Below are positions 22,261 to 35,519 of a stretch of 64,000 nt of DNA, one piece after another. The DNA comes from Macrostomum lignano (Eukaryota), in the NCBI GenBank assembly GCA_002269645.1, contig NIVC01000222.1, positions 310,001 through 374,000 on the forward strand. The letters run 5' to 3'. Made by a program: the position numbers and the translations under genes. Positions within the stretch are counted from its first letter, which is position 1, and every line of letters begins with the position of its first letter. The notes beneath the pieces were generated by a model, which worked only from the letters and a program-made list of their open reading frames with translations, had not been told where the DNA came from and ran no database searches.

Positions 22261-23562
22261 TCAGCAGTCATAGTAGTGATGATAGTGAAAATGGTGGTGA
22301 TGTCGGTGCACGTGTCGGTGCCGATGTACCACGTCGCCCCGGCGTAGAACATCGTCGACTTTGTTTTCTTCGTCGACAATGTCGCTGGAGGCCGTCGCCT
22401 CCGACGGCGGCCGCTGCAGCCACTCGGCAACCAGCTGCATCGCTGAGATGGACGACTCTGCTGCGACAGCCGCTGCAGCATCAGCCGAGCCAGTCGAACT
22501 GTTGGACGGCGTCAAATCACTGGCGTCGTTGGGAGTCGCCGGCAAAGGAGGCGACGGCGGCGGAGGCGGCGGCGGCGGCCGATTCGAGCGGTGCCGCTGA
22601 TGCCGAGATCGGTGACGAGATCCTGCTTCGTGATGGTGATGAAGCGGCTTCAGCGGAGGCTGGAAGCTGCTGCCGGTGCCCGAGCCGATGCCGCAGTCGG
22701 CAGAAAAACTTGACATCGATGTGGCTGCTGTTGAATTTGCGTCTTCTCTGGGCACGATTGAGACGCGAAGCTGCAGCGAGCCTGATGAAGCTGTTGACTG
22801 GGCGGTTGTTGAGGTCGACTTGCAGGTGAGCCGCTTCTCAATGGCTTTGCCCAGGGCCCGAGTCAGGGCTGACAGGTCCTGGGGTTGGATGGGGTTATAC
22901 GCTGGGGCTTCGTCTCTGCTGGGGCTCCACAAAGGCGAGGTAGAGAGGGAGACAAAGGTGAGGTAGAGAGAGAGGGAGACAAAGGTGAGGTAGAGAGGGA
23001 GACAAAGGTGAGGTAGAGAGGGAGAAAAAGGCGAGGTAGAGAGAGAGGGAGACAAAGGTGAGGTAGAGAGGGAGACAAAGGTGAGGTAGAGAGAGAGACA
23101 AAGGCGAGGTAGAGAGAGAGGGAGACAAGGGAGAATTAGAGAGAGAGAGACAAAGGCGAGGTAGAGATATTGAGGAGAGGTGGAGGAGTAGAAAGGCTCT
23201 AGACAGTACAGTAGGGGTGTAGAGATGGGGGTAGAGCGGCAGGGAAAGAAGAGAGAAGAGGGAGAGAAGGGCGTGAGAACATGAGACAGGTACGGAACTC
23301 TACATCATAGATGGCGTGATAAACCGCTCACCTCTCTGGTAAATTTGCCTCTGCCATCAAAATCGTACAAAGTCACAGAGCACTCCCCGGCCTCCGATGC
23401 TCCAGCCGCTTCCTCTGCAGGTGGGCTGCGGCGTTCGGCGAGCAGCCAGGAGGAGGAGGTCTGGCTCGACGCGTCCACCCTGGTGGCAGCGAGTCCGGCT
23501 GCTTGACTTCGACGGGACCTTCGGCGGGCTGAGCAGCCCTGCAGTGCGGAGTCTCTGCTGGC
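22261..23562 (-). CDS. nkd: Naked cuticle-like Wnt antagonist, last two exons (23562-23332, 22878-22261); 5' exon(s) not located
   Basis: Spliced EFX motif ECSVTLYDFDGRGKFTRE|DLSALTRAL across a phase-0 GT-AG intron, and C-terminal His tail VVHRHRHVHRHHHHFHYHHYYDC*; both are Naked-family hallmarks. Confidence 0.85.
22925..23165 (+). repeat. ~25-27-bp purine-rich minisatellite (GAGAGGGAGACAAAGGTGAGGTA)n in the nkd intron
   Basis: Tandem units between the two nkd exons. Confidence 0.85.
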
Positions 23563-23589
23563 CTGTCGGTTTGGGGTGAAGGGGCAGAG

Positions 23590-24210
23590 TTGAATGTGTA
23601 CCAGATTGTAGTGTGAGACTTGTACCAGATTGTACTGCGAGACTTGTAAAAGATTGTAGTGTGAGACTTGTACCAGATTTTAGTGTGAGACTTGTACCAG
23701 ATTGTAGTGTGAGGCTTGTACCAGATTGTAGTGCCAGACTTGTACCAGATTGTAGTATGAGGCTTGTACCAGATTGTAGTCTGAGACTTTTACCAGATTG
23801 TAGTCTGAGACTTTTACCAGATTGTAGTGTGAGGCTTGTACCAGATTGTAGTGCCAGACTTGTACCAGATTGTAGTCTGAGACTTGTACCAGATTGTAGT
23901 GCCAGACTTGTACCAGATTGAAGTGTGATACTTGTACCAGATTGTACTGCGAGACTTGTACCAGATTGTAGTGTGAGACTTGTACCAGATTGAAGTGTGA
24001 GACTTGTACCAGATTGTACTGCGAGACTTGTACCAGATTGTAGTGTGAGACTTGTACCAGATTGTAGTGCCAGACTTGTACCAGATTGTAGTGCCAGACT
24101 TGTACCAGATTGTAGTATGAGGCTTGTACCAGATTGTAGTGTGAGACTTGTACCAGATTGTAGTCTGAGAGTTGTACCAGATTGTAGTCTGAGAGTTGTA
24201 CCAGATTGTG
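23590..24210 (+). repeat. 24-bp minisatellite (ACTTGTACCAGATTGTAGTGTGAG)n
   Basis: Tandem units starting right after the nkd acceptor; RLVPDCSV read-through. Confidence 0.95.
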
Positions 24211-24269
24211 ATCTGTGTTTGTAATAGAATTATGTAGTTTATTAGGCGCTAAATTATTGTTGTTAAACG

Positions 24270-24560
24270 CTGAAGTTCTGGTTGTTTAAGCGCCGAAGTT
24301 ATGGTTGTTTAAGCGCCGAGTTTAAGCGCCGAAGTTATGGTTGTTTAAGCGCCGAAGTTATGGTTGTTTAAGCGCCAAAGTTATGGTTGTTTAGGCGCCG
24401 AAGTTATGGTTGTTTAAGCGCCGAAGTTATGGTTGTTTAAGCACTGAAGTTATGGTTGTTTAAGCGCCGAAATTATGGTTTATTAGGCGCCGAAATTATG
24501 ATTGTTTAGGCGCCGAATTAGTGTTGTTTAAGCGCCGAATTCGTGGTTTATTAGGCGCCG
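24270..24560 (+). repeat. 23-bp minisatellite (GCGCCGAAGTTATGGTTGTTTAA)n
   Basis: About 12 tandem units. Confidence 0.9.
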
Positions 24561-25339
24561 AAAAAAATGTTGCATTTTTTCATAAATTCAACCAGATTTT
24601 CATCATCAATAATCTACCCCCACAAAAATGAGGAAGTTGTCAAACAAACAAAAATCTAGTTATTTGTAAAAAATTCTATAGAAACAAAGTTCAAAGGTTG
24701 CAAATGTTTCAAGCACGTATGACATTGTTTAATTTGAATTGCGAGTTGCGTTTCGAATCGGGTAAAGAATTGAAAATGTAGCTAGCTATAGAAATGAATA
24801 AGCTTGAGTAACGAGATGCGCCTTCATCAAAGCATTCTCAAACATCTCTGCGGGGGGGGGTCCGCAATTGGATTCCGTGAAGAAGCCTTTTAAGTATACC
24901 GACTCCTGTTTATTATTGTCTCGAGTGAACGAGAGCTGTGCCGATTTCAATGACTGATTGCCGACATGCCCCGGGCCTCCAGATGGGGCTTCAATATTTT
25001 AGTAGCTATCGCCAATTTGAGCACACGGCAACAACCGACAGGATTTTAGCTGACTGCCTTTAGCATGCTTTCGGTTGCAGCTCTGATGGATGAATATGAT
25101 AGAATTTGGTGAATTTCTATAGAATTCTATATGCGGGTCTGTGGATTTGAAAACTGGTAGCTTTTTACTGAGTAGTGAGGCTTCCTGATTGATAAGTTTT
25201 GTCTTTTCATTGATTGATAAGCATGTTGTTACACTGATATATTGATATATTGATAAATTTTTGGATAAGTAGATTGGTAGTTTTATATATTCATAGATTT
25301 TTATCAGATAGATTGGTAGATTATATTGCTTGGTAGCTT

Positions 25340-25690
25340 AATAGATTGATAGATTGATAGATTTAAAGATTGATAGATTGATAGATTGATAGATTGATAG
25401 ATTGATAGATTGATAGAGCGATAGATTGATAGATTGATAGATTGATAGGTTGATAGGTTGGTAGATTGATAGATTGATAGATTGATAGATTGATAGGTTG
25501 GTAGATTGATAGATTGATAGGTTGATAGGTTGATAGGTTGGTAGATTGATAGATTGATAGATTGATAGGTTGATAGGTTGGTAGATTGATAGATTGATAG
25601 ATTGATAGATTGATAGAGCGATAGATTGATAGATTGATAGAGCGATAGATTGATAGATTGATAGATTGATAGATTGATAGATTGATTGTT
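25340..25690 (+). repeat. 8-bp microsatellite (GATAGATT/GGTAGATT)n
   Basis: Direct reading. Confidence 0.92.
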
Positions 25691-26054
25691 TGTTTGATAG
25701 ATTAATAGTTTGTTAGTCTATGTTTGGTTTGTTAGGATTGTTTGGTTTTTCAGTTGGTCTCCCCTCTGGATTTCTAGCCCGAGTTGTCCATGGCGCATGC
25801 AAAACCATCTCTCAGCAGTCTCGCTCTCCAGTCTCTCCAGTCAAGTGGAAAGTTAAAAGTTGGGTAAATGTCGGAGTATTAGAATTTGTGCCCTGAGCAG
25901 ACTCTCGGCTCAGCAGGGGGCTCTGGGATAAGGGCTCAAGGATATTTGTACTCAAGTATGAGTCTGTGAGGTTAGCGGAGCAGCCTTGTTTATTAAAGTG
26001 GTTGACATTGCGATGCAGCGCTGTGCAACGCAATCTAGCCAATTTATTAATTCA

Positions 26055-26230
26055 CCAATCTACCAATCTACCAATCTACCAATGTTCTAATCTACTAATC
26101 TACCAATCTAACAATATAACAATCTACCAATCTACTAATCTAACAAGCTATCAATCTACTAATCTTCCAGTCTATGATTCTACCAATCTTCTAATCTACT
26201 AATCTACTAATTTACGTATTTACCAATCTA
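26055..26230 (+). repeat. 8-bp degenerate repeat (AATCTACC/AATCTACT)n, inverted relative to 25340-25690
   Basis: AATCTACC is the reverse complement of GGTAGATT. Confidence 0.8.
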
Positions 26231-26699
26231 CTAATCTACCAGCCTTATTAATCTACAGGTGGGGTCAAACAGCGGGGTCAAATGACCCAACCTAGTAAAG
26301 TTGAATTTTCACTTTACACGATTATTCGTATTTAATGAGCGGCTGAGATAGTGAGACAGCCAATTACCAGAATAAATGTCTCATATTTCTAGCTTAAGTT
26401 GATCCAATTGACAGTAGAAATTAAGCCTGGCACACTGAAAGACCTAGAGGACTGGGTTCTGTAGTGGTCCAGAATTGGTTTTTACGCTTCGCAGATAAGG
26501 TGGCTTATCTAGGTCTAATTTAATTGCGATTGAAAAGGCATAACTCGCTTTATTGCTCCCTCTTAATTGTTTTATTGCCGTGTAAATTCAACACATTGAG
26601 CCTTAGTGTAGATTCTCACTATTCACAATTCAGTGTGATCCGCTATGCACTGCAAAAATCTGCTGCCAAACTTGCTTTAAGAATGCTTATGCTACCTAT

Positions 26700-27035
26700 T
26701 CTTACTAGAACCACAGAATCTGCTATGAAATCTACCACAGAATCTGCTATGAAATCTACCACAGAATCTGCTATGAAATCTACCACAGAATCTGCTATGA
26801 AATCTAACATAGAATCTGCTATGAAATCTACCATATAATCTGCTATGAAATCTAACATAGAACCTGCTAACAAATCTATCATAGAATCTGCTAACAAATC
26901 TACCTTAGAATCTGCTACCTAACGAATCCACCATACAAACTTGCTAATAAATCTATCATAAAATCTCCGCTACTAAATCTACCATTGAATCCGCCACAGA
27001 ATCTGCTACTTAACAAATCTACCGCAGAATCTGCT
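26700..27035 (+). repeat. 24-bp minisatellite (AGAATCTGCTATGAAATCTACCAC)n
   Basis: Tandem units, degenerate at the 3' end. Confidence 0.85.
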
Positions 27036-27271
27036 GCCTCGTGACTGGCTACTCACATTTATACAGAAGACAACTCAACAAACGAGCTGCGACTAACTCA
27101 AAAAAGTCAATCGAATACTTCCCAAATGAGGCTGGTGATTCTTTAATAATTAATTTACCATTGCTTCTCTCATGTCTCCGAACTGGGGCCATTCATTTGG
27201 GAGTTTTTCTACGAGCTGCATGCGCTGCTTGCAGGTGGCTCGCTGCACGGCACAGGTGACTCACAACTTGC

Positions 27272-28730
<1,459 letters not shown>

Positions 28731-29324
28731 AAGAATCAGGAAGCAAATCCCACTGACCCAAAAAAGCACCGGATGCGCTGCCTGATTTTTGCAACCGGCT
28801 CATAAAAACCGTCTTTTCCAATCCACCCTTGCCTGCAGGCTGCACCACCAACATGACAGTTTATAGTTTAATAATAAAATTTTATAGCCTGTTTATTATT
28901 ATGAAAATCGATTAATTCGTTTTTCAAACTCACCGCCAGTTCTGAGCCGGTCTTCTGAATCTCCTTTCAAAAGCGGAAAGAATGCAGAAATTTTTGAGTT
29001 ACAAAACCAGCCTCTGTCGAGTTTCCTAAATAAAAGCAAGAAAACTCAACCAAAATGTTTTGAGTTTTAAAAGCCGAGCGAGACGGGGGATTTGAGCGGG
29101 AGCCAATGGGAGACGAGCCGGGAGGGCGAGAGGTGGGGATCCGAGAGGGACAGGACAGGGCGAGGGCTCTGCTCCCTGGTCTCATAGTGAGTCGGGGGAT
29201 TTCGGTGGCCGAGAGAACTCAACTGATCCCTAGCAGTCAGTCACGAGATTTTTTGGCGATTTCAGCTCGACCGCAAATTCTGGTAGTGCGCTACCTTGTA
29301 CCTGTATCCTCCCCCTGAATTGTA

Positions 29325-30245
29325 CATGATCCGCCCCTAATAAGCATCATCCCCCCCCCTAATAAGCATCATCCGCCCCCTAATAAGCATCGTCCCCCCC
29401 CCTAATAAGCATCATCCGTCCATAATAAACATCATCCGCCCCTAATAAGCATCGTCCGCCCTCACTAAAAGCATCATCCGCCCCCTAATAAGCATCATCC
29501 CCCCTAATAAGCATCATCCGCCCCTAATCAGCATCATCCGCCCCTAATCAGCATCATCCGCCCCTAATAAGCATCATCCGCCCCTAATAAGCATCATCCG
29601 CCTTCACTAAAAGCAGCATCGTCCCCCCCCCTAATAAGCATCATCCGTCCATAATAAACATCATCCGCCCCTAATAAGCATCGTCCGCCCTCACTAAAAG
29701 CATCATCCGCCCCCTTATAAGCATCGTCCGCCCTCACTAAAAGCATCATCCGCCCCCTAATAAGCATCATCCGCCCCCTAATAAACATTATCCGCCCCCT
29801 AATAAGCATCATCCGTCCCCTAATAAGCATCATCCGCCCCCTAATAAGCATCATCCGCCCCCTAATAAGCATCATCCGCCCCCTAATAAGCATCATCCGC
29901 CCCCTAATAAGCATCATCCGCCCCCTAATAAGCATCGTTCGCCCTCACTAAAAGCATCATCCGCCCCCGTCCGCCCTCAATAAAAGCATCATCCGCCCCA
30001 TCCGCCCTCAATAAAAGCATCATCCGCCCCCATCCGCCCTCCCTAAAAGCATCATCCGCCCCCATCCGCCCTCACTAAAAGCATCATCCGCCCCATCCGC
30101 CCCCTAATAAGCATCATCCACCCCCTAAAAGCATCATCCGCCCCCTAATAAGCATCATCCACCCGAATAAGCATCGTCCGCCCTCACTAAAAGCATCATC
30201 CACCCCCATCCGCCCTCACTAAAAGCATTATCCGCCCCATCCGCC
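29325..30245 (+). repeat. 21-bp minisatellite (GCATCATCCGCCCCCTAATAA)n
   Basis: Tandem units, each with CCGCCC. Confidence 0.93.
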
Positions 30246-30859
30246 CCAGTGTCCAGTCACCAGCCGCCGCCCTTCCAGGTGGCAGCAACTCATTCCTCAG
30301 CAACCCCGAGTGTTTCAGTTTTGCCATCAATATCACCATTCGCAACCGGCGGAACGGAGGCAAAAAAATACTTTGAAGTGGCTCCCCGCCGTGTTTCTCG
30401 TGTTTGAACTGAAGAAATTGCTTTTGCTTGATTTTTTTTGTTTCACACCTTCTGGCCTAGAAGTCTCCCGCAGAGTCCGTCTCTTATCATTTTGTTATAT
30501 TGATCCTGCATTAATTATTCCCATTGTTAGAAATGAAAGCCGAAATTTCGGGCTCTTCAAAACGAGGGATATTTCCTTAAGATTGGGGTTAGCATTTAAA
30601 TATGTTTGCTTAAAGGAGCGTGTTTTGATGCATAAGTAGCGAATTTTTTCTTCTTTAAAGGAACTTTAAAAACGAAACTCACCTCACCTGAGCTTCTGCA
30701 CTTTACGTTCAGCGTCAAGTGGAGTGTCAGACTAGCGGCACTAACTAACATAAGTGTCAGATGAGTGTCAGGTCAGTGTCAGATGAATGTCAGATGAATG
30801 TCAGATGAATGTCAGATGAGGTTCAGATGAGTGTTATATGAGTATCGGATGAGTGTCAG

Positions 30860-31290
30860 AAAAGCGCAAAGATGAGTGTCAGAAAAGCGCCAAGATGAGT
30901 GTCAGAAAAGCGCCAAGATGAGTGTCAGAAAAGCGCCAAGATGAGTGTCAGAAAAGCGCCAAGATGAGTGTCAGAAAAGCGCCAATATGAGTGTCAGAAA
31001 AGCGCCAAGATGAGTGTCAGAAAAGCGCCAATATGAGTGTCAGAAAAGCGCCAAGATGAGTGTCAGAAAAGCGCCAAGATGAGTGTCAGAAAAGCGCCAA
31101 GATGAGTGTCAGAAAAGCGCCAAGATGAGTGTCAGAAAAGCGCCAAGATGAGTGTCAGAAAAGCGCCAAGATGAGTGTCAGAAAAGCGCCAAGATGAGTG
31201 TCAGAAAAGCGCCAAGATGAGTGTCAGAAAAGCGCCAAGATGAGTGTCAGAAAAGCGCAAAGATGAGTGTCAGAAAAGCGCCAAGATGAG
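30860..31290 (+). repeat. 23-bp minisatellite (GATGAGTGTCAGAAAAGCGCCAA)n
   Basis: About 18 near-identical units with degenerate GAGTGTCAG flanks. Confidence 0.95.
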
Positions 31291-31866
31291 TGTTTCAAAA
31301 AGGTATCAGACTGTCACCGAGAGTGTCAGGAGAGGGTCAGGTGAGTGTCAGGAGAGGGTCAGGTGAGTGTCAGGAGAGGGTCAGGTGAGTGTCAGACAGA
31401 CTAAGTTTCCTCCAAACTGTTTCTGAATTTCTAAGCGGGAACTTTAATTCTGACTGGCCAAACGGTACAGGAAATCCCCCATCTCATATTGTCGATTGGC
31501 AATGGGAAACTCGCTCACCATCAAACGCGTGTTGTTGTCAAGACAACTGGAGAGAAAAATCCAAGCATCCGTCATATTCTCATAACAATTGAGCATCTCT
31601 GTGTTCTTTGTCTAGGTCGGGGTTGCGCCAGGTATTGTCTTCTCGATTTCAAAGGCAACCGCCCGGCGCTCGGAGCCTCATTTCAAGGATTAGGATTTGT
31701 TCCTGTCGGCTGTTGAACAGGGTGGAGCTTTTGTTGCTGAACTATGTTCGAAGCTGAATACTTGTGTAATGGGAAGATTTGAATGAAAGCTTTGTCTTCA
31801 ATGTTCCTAAAATATCTCTTGCTTTCGGGCGCTTTGCTATAGATTCCTTTGCGTGTTTTCACAGGC

Positions 31867-32248
31867 GATTGGCTGAGCCAGACTCAATCTTAGCAGTAGT
31901 ACACACGTGGCGGTCTGTGATTGGCTGAGCCAGACCCAATCTTAGCAGTAGTACACACGTGGCGGCCTCTGATTGGCTGAGCCAGACCCAATCTTGTCAG
32001 TAGTACACACGTAGCGGTCTGTGATTGGCTGAGCCAGACCCAATCTTGTCAGTAGTACACACATGGCGGTCTCTGATTGGCTGAGCCAGACCCAATCTTA
32101 GCAGTAGTACACACATGGCGGTCTGTGATTGGCTGAGCCAGACCCAATCTTGTCAGTAGTACACACGTGGCGGTCTGTGATTGGCTGAGCCAGACCCAAT
32201 CTTGTCAGTAGTACACACTTGGCGGTCTCTGATTGGCTGAGCCAGACT
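31867..32248 (+). repeat. 52-bp minisatellite (GATTGGCTGAGCCAGACCCAATCTTGTCAGTAGTACACACGTGGCGGTCTGT)n, 7 full units plus a partial
   Basis: GATTGG starts at 31867, 31919, 31971, 32023, 32075, 32127, 32179, 32231. Confidence 0.95.
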
Positions 32249-32453
32249 CAGTCTTATAAGTACACATGACAAGATACATAGAAACAATCTTATTGATTTC
32301 ATCTCAAAATCGATTTTTACCTGAGATACGTACATGTAGATAACAATTAGCCGCGCATCTGAGATGTACACATTCAACCTGTCATTTTTCGGCTCTTTTA
32401 CAAATTACGGGTACTGCATTTGCAACTAAAAAGAGTCCCGACTCCCGGTTACT

Positions 32454-33790
32454 ATGGCCAAGAGGCGCTGTCTGTCGGCAGCAGAAAAAAATGAAAGAAT
32501 GAGAGAAGCTGCGGCGCCTACAGAAAGAAGCCGGCAAGGCTGCTTGGGGCTTTTAGAAGCAGCAACAGCAGCAGAAGATCAAACACATCTATCGCCAGAC
32601 TCTGTGAAGCATTACAAGAGAGGAGCCGGGGGGTTTTTAGAAACTGCTGAGCACAATTGATGGGAACTGGTAGGTGCAGAATTTCAGAGAATAGTCAATT
32701 GTCAAATTCCTACCTGTATGGGGATTTCTCCTGCCTGGAGCAGGCTTCCAATCTAGATATTTACTAGCTACTAATAGAGATAGTGGGCTCTGTCAATCTC
32801 TTTCTCAATTCCCTACAGACTTGCTTTTGTCTGTTAATGCTTTTTCACAGATTTTTTCACTAAATTTCAAATCAACAATTCAAGTGACACTTTTTATTAA
32901 TAAATTAGTAGTTAATCGGTTAATGCAAAATTTTTCGCCTATTCATCAGTTTTCAAATTGTGCTACTTATTTTTGCTCAGTCTCTCAGTTGTGTCTGCTG
33001 TCTGTCTCTCAGTTGTGTCTGCTGTCAGTCTCTCAGTTGTGTCTGCTGTCTGTCTCTCAGTTGTGTCTGTTGTCAGTCTCTCAGTTGTGTCTGCTGTCTG
33101 TCTCTCAGTTGTGTCTGCTGTCAGTCTCTCAGTTGTGTCTGTTGTCTGTCTCTCAGTTGTGTCTGTTGTCGGTCTCTCAGTGGTGTCTGCTGTCAGTCTC
33201 TCAGTTGTGTCTGCTGTCAGTCTCTCAGTTGTGTCTGCTGTCTGTCTCTCAGTTGTGTCTGCTGTCAGTCTCTCAGTTGTGTCTGCTGTCTGTCTCTCAG
33301 TTGTGTCTGCTGTCTGTCTCTCAGTTGTGTCTGCTGTCTGTCTCTCAGTTGTGTCTGCTGTCTGTCTCTCAGTTGTGTCTGTTGTCAGTCTCTCAGTTGT
33401 GTCTGCTGTCTGTCTCTCAGTTGTGTCTGCTGTCAGTCTCTCAGTTGTGTCTGTTGTCTGTCAGTTGTGTCTGCTGTCAGTCTCTCAGTTGTGTCTGTTG
33501 TCTGTCAGTTGTGTCTGTTAATGACTCAAGCCACGCAGTCAATCAAAAGTCAGTCCTTCTCTCGCATTTTCTCAATTCGTCCCAACAGCTCAGCACTAAT
33601 GCCTACAGAGCTGAGCTCACTCACATTCTCGACACCCGTGTCAGAGAACTGAAGCGGAACAGACTGATTGGCCGCGGTGCTCGCCTGACTGACCTTCAAC
33701 TGGAAGATTCCTGCGTCCTCTTTGACACCGATATGTGTGGGTGTCAGATTTCAAACCCTTTCATATTAACCGGTTGTCACGGAAGAATTG
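32454..33790 (+). pseudogene. Possible second, highly decayed Crypton-like recombinase relic split by a minisatellite
   Basis: Segment at ~33600-33770 reads AELTHILDTRVRELKRNRLIGRGARLTDLQLEDSCVLFDTDMCGCQISNPFIL, resembling the Crypton lDa.mkeL...G......t.e....Lf...G..nP..L pattern; upstream piece SPDSVKHYKRGAGGF is interrupted by stops. Confidence 0.3.
32985..33520 (+). repeat. 24-bp minisatellite (TCTCTCAGTTGTGTCTGCTGTCAG)n
   Basis: Tandem units; SVSQLCLL read-through. Confidence 0.95.
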
Positions 33791-33829
33791 ACAATTAATA
33801 TATTACTCGCCCAGCTTTGATGTATCTTA

Positions 33830-34900
33830 TACTCTCCGATACTTCGGGTAGTCTATACCTCCGATACTTCAGGCAGTCTATACCTCCGATACTTCAGGTA
33901 GTCTATACCTCCGATACTTCAGGTAGTCTATACCTCCGGTACTTCAGGCAGTCTATACCTCCGATACTTCAGGCAGTCTATACCTCCGGTACTTCAGGTA
34001 GTCTATACCTCCGATACTTCAGGCAGTCTATACCTCCGATACTTCAGGTAGTCTATACCTCCGATACTTCAGGCAGTCTATACCTCCGGTACTTCAGGTA
34101 GTCTATACCTCCGGTACTTCAGGTAGTCTATACCTCCGGGTACTTCAGGTAGTCTATACCTCCGGTACTTCAGGTAGTCTATGCCTCCGATACTTCAGGT
34201 AGTCTATACCTCCGGTACATCAGGTAGTCTATACCTCCGGTACATCAGGTAGTCTACCTCCGATACTTCAGGTAGTCTATACCTCCGGTACTTCAGGTAG
34301 TCTATACCTCCGGTACATCAGGTAGTCTATACCTCCGGGTACTTCAGGTAGTCTATACCTCCGATACTTCAGGCAGTCTATACCTCCGGGTACTTCAGGT
34401 AGTCTATACCTCCGATACTTCAGGTAGTCTATGCCTCCGGTACATCAGGTAGTCTATACCTCCGGTACATCAGGTAGTCTACCTCCGATACTTCAGGTAG
34501 TCTATACCTCCGGTACTTCAGGTAGTCTATACCTCCGATACTTCAGGCAGTCTATACCTCCGATACTTCAGGTAGTCTATACCTCCGATACTTCAGGCAG
34601 TCTATACCTCCGATACTTCAGGTAGTCTATACCTCCGGTACTTCAGGTAGTCTATACCTCCGATACTTCAGGCAGTCTATACCTCCGGTACTTCAGGTAG
34701 TCTATACCTCCGATACTTCAGGCAGTCTATACCTCCGATACTTCAGGTAGTCTATACCTCCGGTACTTCAGGTAGTCTATACCTCCGGTACATCAGGTAG
34801 TCTACCTCCGATACTTCAGGTAGCCTATACCTCCGGTACTTCAGGTAGTTTGAATACAGCTATACCTCTGATACTTCAGGTAGGTTGAATACAGCTAGAC
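33830..34900 (+). repeat. 25-bp minisatellite (TACTTCAGGTAGTCTATACCTCCGA)n
   Basis: About 42 tandem units. Confidence 0.95.
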
Positions 34901-35519
34901 TACTGATACCTTCGATACAGATACTTGAAGAACCTCAGCTACCAGCCTTTGTGAATCCTTTGTGAAACATCAGTTAAAACAAAGAAAACTAAAACTCTAA
35001 ATACCTGCTTCACTGAAGCGACACAGACCGCCAGGCCTTTCATTTCTCGACCAGTTCTTTTCGGCAAGACACCTGCCGCCTACCTACACCGGAGACCGAA
35101 CTGCTTTAGTCTGTGTGTTTGTCTTCCGAGATATCAATTACCCTCCAGCCTGAACCCAAGCCATTCTATCCCAGGTTTTATTGAATACAACATCGTTTCT
35201 GCCTGATTGCGTAATCGACTGTGTATTGTAAAACAAAGACGACACAATTAGGTAGAGAAGGCATGTAGGAGAGAAAGTTTTAGAGCTTGAATTTATGGCT
35301 TTTGTTTCCTGTCTTGTTTGAATAACCGGGTCTTTTTTATTGCCTCAGTGCCAACTGCTTTAAAATTGTATTTGCGCCCTTGCTGGCAGCGTCCTGGGTG
35401 GCTTTTATTGCAACTCGAAATTTCGGTACCGATTTTATCTCATCATCTTGGAGTTGCTTTAATTGTCCCTGCGCTCTCCAACAAGGGTCTTTGCTGTCTG
35501 AAGTGTCTCTTTCAGTCGG

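Noticed and set aside
28758-28803. Candidate nkd first exon ([15 protein letters not shown], donor G|GTCAGT)
   Set aside because: Only a vague resemblance to MGKLQSK, no Gly2, and the obvious downstream acceptor leads to a stop
31867-32248. CRISPR-like appearance of regularly spaced repeats (also 18200-18930)
   Set aside because: Units are contiguous with no unique spacers, there are no cas genes, and the context is spliceosomal eukaryotic DNA
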